DNA of 22,363 nt from an uncultured bacterium. Its GTDB lineage: Bacteria; Gemmatimonadota; Gemmatimonadetes; Gemmatimonadales; Gemmatimonadaceae. The stretch is from assembly GCA_963978095.1 (NCBI GenBank), contig CAXBQP010000049.1, positions 1 through 22,363 of the forward strand, given 5' to 3'. Both the position numbers and the translations under genes were made by a program. Below the pieces are notes generated by a model that saw only the letters and a program-made list of their open reading frames with translations, made no database searches and was not told the DNA's origin. Positions within the stretch are counted from its first letter, which is position 1. Each line of letters begins with the position of its first letter. Shown here piece after piece: positions 17,069 through 22,363 of the stretch.

Positions 17069-19087
17069 ATGGCCACATCTGTGAAGTCCCGCTGGATCGC
17101 CGGCGGTGCGCTGGTCGCGGCGACCGTGTTCATCCCTTATGCCTGCGCTCCTCGTGCGGGCAGCGGTGGGGGGGCGCTAGCCGTCGCGAGTGACGCGGCC
17201 CAACGGACTTACGTGGCGCCCGGCAGCTACGATGAGTTCTACGCCTTCATGTCCGGTGGGTTCAACGGGCAGATCGGCGTCTATGGCCTTCCCTCGGGTC
17301 GCCGGCTGAAGACGATCCCCGTCTTCTCGCAATATCCCGAGAACGGTTACGGCTACAACGAAGAGACGAAACCGATGCTCAACACGTCCTTCGGCTTCGT
17401 GCCGTGGGACGACACGCATCATCCGGCGCTCTCGCAGACGAAGGGCGAGGATGATGGCCGCTGGCTCTTCATCAATGCGAACAACACGCCCCGCATCGCG
17501 CGCATCGATCTGACGCGCATGGAGACGGACGAGATCCTCGAAATCCCGAACGCCGGCGGCAACCACGGCTCCCCCTTCGTCACGGCGAACAGCGAGTACG
17601 TGGTGAGCTCGACCCGCTTCTCGGTGCCGGTGCCCAACACCGACATGCCGATCAGCGACTTCAAGAAGAGCTTCAAGGGACAGATCTCCTTCATCAAGGC
17701 CGACGAGCCGGGCAAGATGGGTGTCGCGTTCCAGATGATCGTGCCGGGCTTCGACTACGACCTCGCCCGCGCGGGGAAGGGGCCGAGCCATGGGTGGATG
17801 TTCCTGAGCACGTACAACACCGAGCAGGCCAACTCGCTGCTCGAGGTGAACGCGTCCCAGAACGACAAGGACTTCGTCGCCGCCGTGAACTGGAAGGCGA
17901 TCGAGGCCTGCTCGAAGGCGGGGAAGTCGCGCAATGCCCCGGCCGACTATCTGCACAACTACGTCGATCCGTTCTCGCGCACGGCCAAGAGCGAGCACGT
18001 GAACTCGGTCAATCAACTCGTCGCCAAGGACTGCCCGGGCGCCATCTATCTCCTGCCGACCCCGAAGTCGCCGCACGGCGCCGACGTGGATCCGACGGGC
18101 GAGTACATCGTCGCCGGCGGCAAGCTCGCGACGGTCATCCCGGTGCACTCCTTCAGCAAGATGCTGAAGGCCATCGAAGCCAAGGACTTCGAAGGGGAGA
18201 TCGAGGGGATCCCGGTGCTCAAGTACGCCTCGACGCTCGCGGGTGAGGTCAAGAACCCGGGACTCGGACCGTTGCACACCGAGTTCGACGGCAAGGGCTA
18301 CGCCTACACCTCGTTCTTCATCTCGTCGGAAGTCGTGAAGTGGAAGCTCGGGACCTGGGAGGTCGTGGACCGCGTGCCGACGTACTACTCGGTCGGTCAC
18401 CTCATGATCCCCGGCGGCGGCACCACCAAGCCGAAGCCGAAGTATCTCGTCGCGATGGACAAGATCACGAAGGACCGCTATCTGCCAACGGGCCCGGAGC
18501 TCGCACAGAGCGCCCAGTTGTACGACATCTCGGGCGACAAGATGAAGCTCCTGCTCGACTTCCCGACCGAAGGCGAGCCGCACTACGCCCAAGCGATTGA
18601 GGCGAGCAAGATCCGCGAGCAGCAGGTGAAGTTCTACAAGCTCGCCGAGAACAAGCACGCGATGGTCACGCGCGCCGAGAAGGAGACGGGCGTGAGCCGC
18701 GAAGGGAAGAAGGTGCACGTGCGCATGACGGCCATCCGTTCGCACTTCGCTCCGGACAACATCGAGGGCGTGCAAGTCGGCGACACGGTGCTCTTCCACA
18801 TCACCAACCTCGAGCAGGACTGGGACGTCCCGCACGGCTTCGCCATCATGGGCAACCAGAACGGCGAACTGCTGATCATGCCGGGCGAGACGCGCACGCT
18901 GCGCTGGGTACCCGGGAAGCCGGGCGTCTACCCGATGTACTGCACCGACTTTTGCTCGGCGTTGCATCAGGAAATGCAGGGGTACGTTCGCGTGTCGCCG
19001 GTGGGCAGCAGCGTCGCGCTGAGCGGAACCCTCTCGAAGGGCCCAGGCGCTCCGGCGCCGGCCAAGGCCGACGAGAAGAAGAAGTGA
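17069..19087 (+). CDS. nosZ: Nitrous-oxide reductase, clade II (Sec-dependent)
   Basis: YAFMSGGFNGQ; all seven CuZ His (DTHH, GNHG, SPHG, GPLH, VGH, EPH); CuA site DVPHGF...YCTDFCSALHQEM (clade II form); no twin-Arg signal; GAGG SD before ATG 17069. Confidence 0.97.
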   Translation: MATSVKSRWIAGGALVAATVFIPYACAPRAGSGGGALAVASDAAQRTYVAPGSYDEFYAFMSGGFNGQIGVYGLPSGRRLKTIPVFSQYPENGYGYNEETKPMLNTSFGFVPWDDTHHPALSQTKGEDDGRWLFINANNTPRIARIDLTRMETDEILEIPNAGGNHGSPFVTANSEYVVSSTRFSVPVPNTDMPISDFKKSFKGQISFIKADEPGKMGVAFQMIVPGFDYDLARAGKGPSHGWMFLSTYNTEQANSLLEVNASQNDKDFVAAVNWKAIEACSKAGKSRNAPADYLHNYVDPFSRTAKSEHVNSVNQLVAKDCPGAIYLLPTPKSPHGADVDPTGEYIVAGGKLATVIPVHSFSKMLKAIEAKDFEGEIEGIPVLKYASTLAGEVKNPGLGPLHTEFDGKGYAYTSFFISSEVVKWKLGTWEVVDRVPTYYSVGHLMIPGGGTTKPKPKYLVAMDKITKDRYLPTGPELAQSAQLYDISGDKMKLLLDFPTEGEPHYAQAIEASKIREQQVKFYKLAENKHAMVTRAEKETGVSREGKKVHVRMTAIRSHFAPDNIEGVQVGDTVLFHITNLEQDWDVPHGFAIMGNQNGELLIMPGETRTLRWVPGKPGVYPMYCTDFCSALHQEMQGYVRVSPVGSSVALSGTLSKGPGAPAPAKADEKKK

Positions 19088-19092
19088 TGGTG

Positions 19093-19132
19093 CCGACGGC
19101 GGGCGGTGCCATCCGGTCCCGCCCGCCGTCGG
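19093..19132 (+). other. Intergenic GC-rich hairpin between nosZ and nosB-L
   Basis: CCGACGGCGGGCGG-N12-CCGCCCGCCGTCGG, a 14-bp perfect stem with no U-tract. Confidence 0.7.
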
Positions 19133-19152
19133 ATCTCCAAGGAGATGGCATC

Positions 19153-20214
19153 GTGTCACGCTACGCTCGAATCCTCATCGCGGTCGCCTCGCTCCTCCTG
19201 GCCTCGGGGTTCGTCCTGCCGCTCTGGCGGGTGGGGCTGATTGCCCCGCAGTACCCGGAGGGGCTCGGGATGCTGATCAAGGTCAACACCGTGGTCGGCA
19301 TGAAGGAGCAGGACCTGCATAGCATCAACGGGTTGAATCACTACATCGGCATGCAGAAGATCGAACCCGACACGATCCCCGAACTCAAGCTCATGCCCGT
19401 GATCCTCGGTGCGCTCGTTCTGACCGGACTTGGCGTCGCGGCCCTCGGCAAGAAGTGGCCGATGACCTTTTGGGCGGCGGCGCTCGGTGGATTGCAGGTG
19501 ACCGGGCTCATCGACTTCTGGAAGTGGGAGTACGATTACGGCCACGACCTCGACACCGTGAACGCCATCATCAAGATCCCCGGCATGAGCTACCAGCCTC
19601 CGGTGATCGGTTCCAAACAGTTGCTCAACTTCACCGCGACGTCCTGGCCCGCGGCGGGGGGATGGGCGTGGGTCGCGGCGGCGTTGCTCACGGCAGCGGC
19701 TTTGTGGATCACCTTCAAGCGGCCGCCGGCAGGCGGCCGCGCTGGTTCCGGGACCGCTCCTCGCGGTGCTGGGCTCGCGGCAGCGGCCGCCTTCCTCGTC
19801 ATGATCGGCGCGTGCGCGCAGGCCCAGCCTGAGCCGATCGCGCTTGGAAAGGACGCGTGCGACCAGTGTCGCATGACGATCTCCGACGCCCGCTTCGGCG
19901 GCGAGGCGATCACGACGAAAGGGCGCATCCTGCGCTTCGATTCCGTCGAGTGCCTCGCCGCATGGTCGCGCTCGGGCGATCTCGCGGCGGGCGCCCACTA
20001 CTACGTGATCGACCTGCAGCATCCCGGGACCTTCCTGCGCGCCGACTCCGCCGGCTTCCTGCGCGGCGTGATGATCGGCAGCCCGATGGGCGGGGCGGTG
20101 GTGGGGTTCGTCTCCGCCGCCGCGGCCGAGCAGGAGCGCGCGATGCTCGGCGGGGAGGTCGTCACCTGGGAGCAGCTCCGCGCCGCCCCCAAGTCGGCGG
20201 CGGGGCAGACCTGA
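19153..20214 (+). CDS. nosL: NosB-like membrane protein fused to a NosL copper-chaperone domain
   Basis: N-terminal PLW...APQYPEGL...INGLNHYIGM...YGHDLD...YQPPVIGSKQLLNF (clade II NosB). C-terminal CDQCRMTISD...FDSVECL...SPMG (NosL). GTG 19153 with AGGAGA SD. Confidence 0.88.
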   Translation: MSRYARILIAVASLLLASGFVLPLWRVGLIAPQYPEGLGMLIKVNTVVGMKEQDLHSINGLNHYIGMQKIEPDTIPELKLMPVILGALVLTGLGVAALGKKWPMTFWAAALGGLQVTGLIDFWKWEYDYGHDLDTVNAIIKIPGMSYQPPVIGSKQLLNFTATSWPAAGGWAWVAAALLTAAALWITFKRPPAGGRAGSGTAPRGAGLAAAAAFLVMIGACAQAQPEPIALGKDACDQCRMTISDARFGGEAITTKGRILRFDSVECLAAWSRSGDLAAGAHYYVIDLQHPGTFLRADSAGFLRGVMIGSPMGGAVVGFVSAAAAEQERAMLGGEVVTWEQLRAAPKSAAGQT

Positions 20215-20216
20215 GC

Positions 20217-21491
20217 ATGCGCGACCATCGCGGCCTGGCGATCCTGAGGGCGGCCAGGGGGCTCCTGCTCGGCGGCGCGTTCGCGATTGCAACGGCGGTC
20301 GCGACGGCGTCGGCACAGATCGTTGTCGATCCGCGCGGTCCCGTGCGGACGATCACCGAAGCGTTGGCCGCAGTGAAGCCGGGGGGGACCGTCACGATCC
20401 ACGCCGGGATGTATCGCGAGCCCACCGCGGTGATCCGCACCGCCGGCGTCACTGTGCAGGGCGAGGGATGGCCCACGCTCGACGGCGAGGGAGAGCGCGC
20501 CGTGCTGATCGTGGCCGCTGACGATGTGACCGTCCGCGGGCTCGAGGTCGCGCACACCGGAGTCTCGAACATCGAGGATCGCGCGGGGATACGCGTCCGC
20601 GACGCGGCCAATTGCCGCATCGAGCGGAACCGGCTCCGCGACAACCTGTTCGGCATCTATTTGCAACGCTCGCGTGGCTGTGTGGTGCGGGACAACGATG
20701 TCTCCGCCCACGGTGACGGGCAGTCCACCAGCGGGAACGGGATCCATATGTGGTACTCGCCGCACACCACGGTCGAGCACAATCACATCACCGGCCACCG
20801 CGACGGCATCTACTTCGAGTTCTCGCAGAACGGCCTGACCCGGGACAACACCAGCGAGCACAGTCAGCGCTACGGCCTGCACTTCATGTACTCCGACTCG
20901 TGCCGCTACGAGTCGAACATCTTCCGAGACAACAACTCGGGCGTCGCGGTGATGTACAGCCGGGGCATCACCATCCACCACAACCGGTTCGAGCGCTCGA
21001 TCGGCAGCGCCGCCTACGGGTTGCTGCTCAAGGAGATCCTCGGCGGTGAGGTCTCCGACAACGTGTTCAGTGAGAACTCCATCGGGCTCTACCTCGAGGG
21101 GTCCTCACACATGGTGATCCGCGACAATGATTTCCTCTCGAACGGCTGGGCCGCCAAGGTGCTCGCGAGCGCCATGGAGGATCGGTTCACCGGAAACCGG
21201 TTCGTGGGGAACGCGTTCGACGTGTCCACGAACTCGCGCTCGGCGAACTCCACCTTCGATCGCAACTGGTGGGACGCTTACAAGGGCTACGACCTCGACC
21301 GCGATGGCGTGGGGGACACCCCGTTCCATCCGGTGCGGCTCTTCGCGCTCGTGGTCGAGCAGCATCAGCCCACGCTCCTGTTGCTCCGCAGTCCCATCGT
21401 GGCGGTGCTCGATGCCGCCGAACGGGTGTTCCCGGTGCTGACGCCGGAAGCCCTGGTGGACAAGCGCCCGTTGATGAGATCGCCTCGATGA
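20217..21491 (+). CDS. nosD: Nitrous oxide reductase maturation protein NosD
   Basis: Signal peptide, parallel beta-helix repeats, GNGIHMWYS, RDGIYFEFS, RYGLHFMYS, VAVMYS, YKGYDLDRDGVGD, DKRPLM. Confidence 0.95.
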   Translation: MRDHRGLAILRAARGLLLGGAFAIATAVATASAQIVVDPRGPVRTITEALAAVKPGGTVTIHAGMYREPTAVIRTAGVTVQGEGWPTLDGEGERAVLIVAADDVTVRGLEVAHTGVSNIEDRAGIRVRDAANCRIERNRLRDNLFGIYLQRSRGCVVRDNDVSAHGDGQSTSGNGIHMWYSPHTTVEHNHITGHRDGIYFEFSQNGLTRDNTSEHSQRYGLHFMYSDSCRYESNIFRDNNSGVAVMYSRGITIHHNRFERSIGSAAYGLLLKEILGGEVSDNVFSENSIGLYLEGSSHMVIRDNDFLSNGWAAKVLASAMEDRFTGNRFVGNAFDVSTNSRSANSTFDRNWWDAYKGYDLDRDGVGDTPFHPVRLFALVVEQHQPTLLLLRSPIVAVLDAAERVFPVLTPEALVDKRPLMRSPR

Positions 21492-22255
21492 TCGCCGTGC
21501 GCGGGATCGACAAGCGATACGGCAGGCAGATCGCCCTCGACGACGTCACCTTCGAAGCGCGCACAGGTGCCGTGACGGCGCTGATTGGACCCAACGGCTC
21601 CGGCAAGACCACACTCATCAAGATCGTGCTCGGGCTCACGCGGGCCGACAAGGGCGCCGTCGCGCTCGCCGGCGTGCCGATCGATCGGGATGGCGACTAT
21701 CGCCGCCACCTCGGGTACATGCCGCAGGCGGGGCATTTCCCCGAGCATCTCACGATCGGCGAAGTGGTCGAGTTGGTCGATGCGCTGCGCCAAGGCACCG
21801 CCGTCGACGACGAACTGCTCCAGTCGTTCGCCCTCCCCGCCCTCTGGCACAAGAAGGTCGGCACGCTCTCCGGAGGCACGCGCCAGAAGCTGAGTGCGGC
21901 AATCGCCTTCCGGTACTTGCCCCGCTTGCTGATTCTCGACGAGCCCACCGCCGGGCTCGATCCGATCGCGTGCGGGATCCTCAAGGACAAGATCCGCGCG
22001 GTGCGCGCAGCGGGATGCACGGTGCTGATCACCTCGCACATCATGTCCGAACTCGAGGAACTCGCCGAGGACATCGCCTTCCTCTGCGATGCGCAGCTGC
22101 GCTACGACGGGACGGTGCAGGAGCTGTTGGTGCGCACGCGTCAGCCACGCTTGGAGGGCGCCGTGGCGGCGTTGCTCCGGCAGCGGAACGATCCCGTCCC
22201 CGAGCGCGCGGCCGGAACGGACGGCCAACCCGCACCCGCCGCGGAGGCACGATGA
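21488..22255 (+). CDS. nosF: ABC transporter ATP-binding protein NosF
   Basis: GPNGSGKT, YMPQ, LSGGTRQK, LILDEPTAGLDP, ITSH; ATGA overlap with nosD. Confidence 0.92.
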   Translation: MIAVRGIDKRYGRQIALDDVTFEARTGAVTALIGPNGSGKTTLIKIVLGLTRADKGAVALAGVPIDRDGDYRRHLGYMPQAGHFPEHLTIGEVVELVDALRQGTAVDDELLQSFALPALWHKKVGTLSGGTRQKLSAAIAFRYLPRLLILDEPTAGLDPIACGILKDKIRAVRAAGCTVLITSHIMSELEELAEDIAFLCDAQLRYDGTVQELLVRTRQPRLEGAVAALLRQRNDPVPERAAGTDGQPAPAAEAR

Positions 22256-22363
22256 GCACCACGCGACTCGTGGTCAGCGCCGGGATCCGCGACATGGCGG
22301 GGAACCGATGGCTCGCCGCCTATTTCGCGGCCTTCTTTGTGGTAGCCGAGGGGCTCTTCTGGT
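22252..22363 (+). CDS. nosY: ABC transporter permease NosY (partial, runs off the window)
   Basis: ATGA overlap with nosF; MSTTRLVVSAGIRDMAGNRWLAAYFAAFFVVAEGLFW resembles the NosY N-terminus (R-D-x-x-x-NRW then a TM helix); nosDFY order. Confidence 0.8.
   Translation, partial: MSTTRLVVSAGIRDMAGNRWLAAYFAAFFVVAEGLFW

Noticed and set aside
17177..19159. 660-aa antisense ORF over nosZ
   Set aside because: Shadow frame; codon bias and motifs support the plus strand.

Overview
High-GC bacterial window. The bulk (about 900-22363) reads like a Gemmatimonadota-type chromosome segment; this taxonomy is an inference from protein style and gene neighbours, not a search result. The first ~925 bp look chimeric: a sigma54-type promoter and a Tat-exported SsuA/TauA/NMT1-family ABC substrate-binding gene break off into a ~30-codon Lon protease fragment, which runs into the C-terminal half of a large M14-like peptidase gene. 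A minus-strand block follows, in transcription order: atypical AMP-binding enzyme, cystathionine gamma-synthase/lyase, M48 peptidase, purD, mutM, truncated UvrC/Cho-like nuclease and M14 carboxypeptidase. Next come glmM-glmS, a membrane TPR-like protein and dtd-maf. The window ends in a clade II nitrous-oxide reductase cluster (nosZ, nosB-nosL fusion, nosD, nosF, partial nosY). The most interesting signal is an NsrR-like Rrf2 regulator divergent from nosZ, with an NsrR-type 11-1-11 palindrome (AAGTTGCA-N7-TGCAGCTT) in the shared promoter region, which suggests NO-responsive control of clade II N2O reduction. No rRNA, tRNA, CRISPR array or mobile element was seen.
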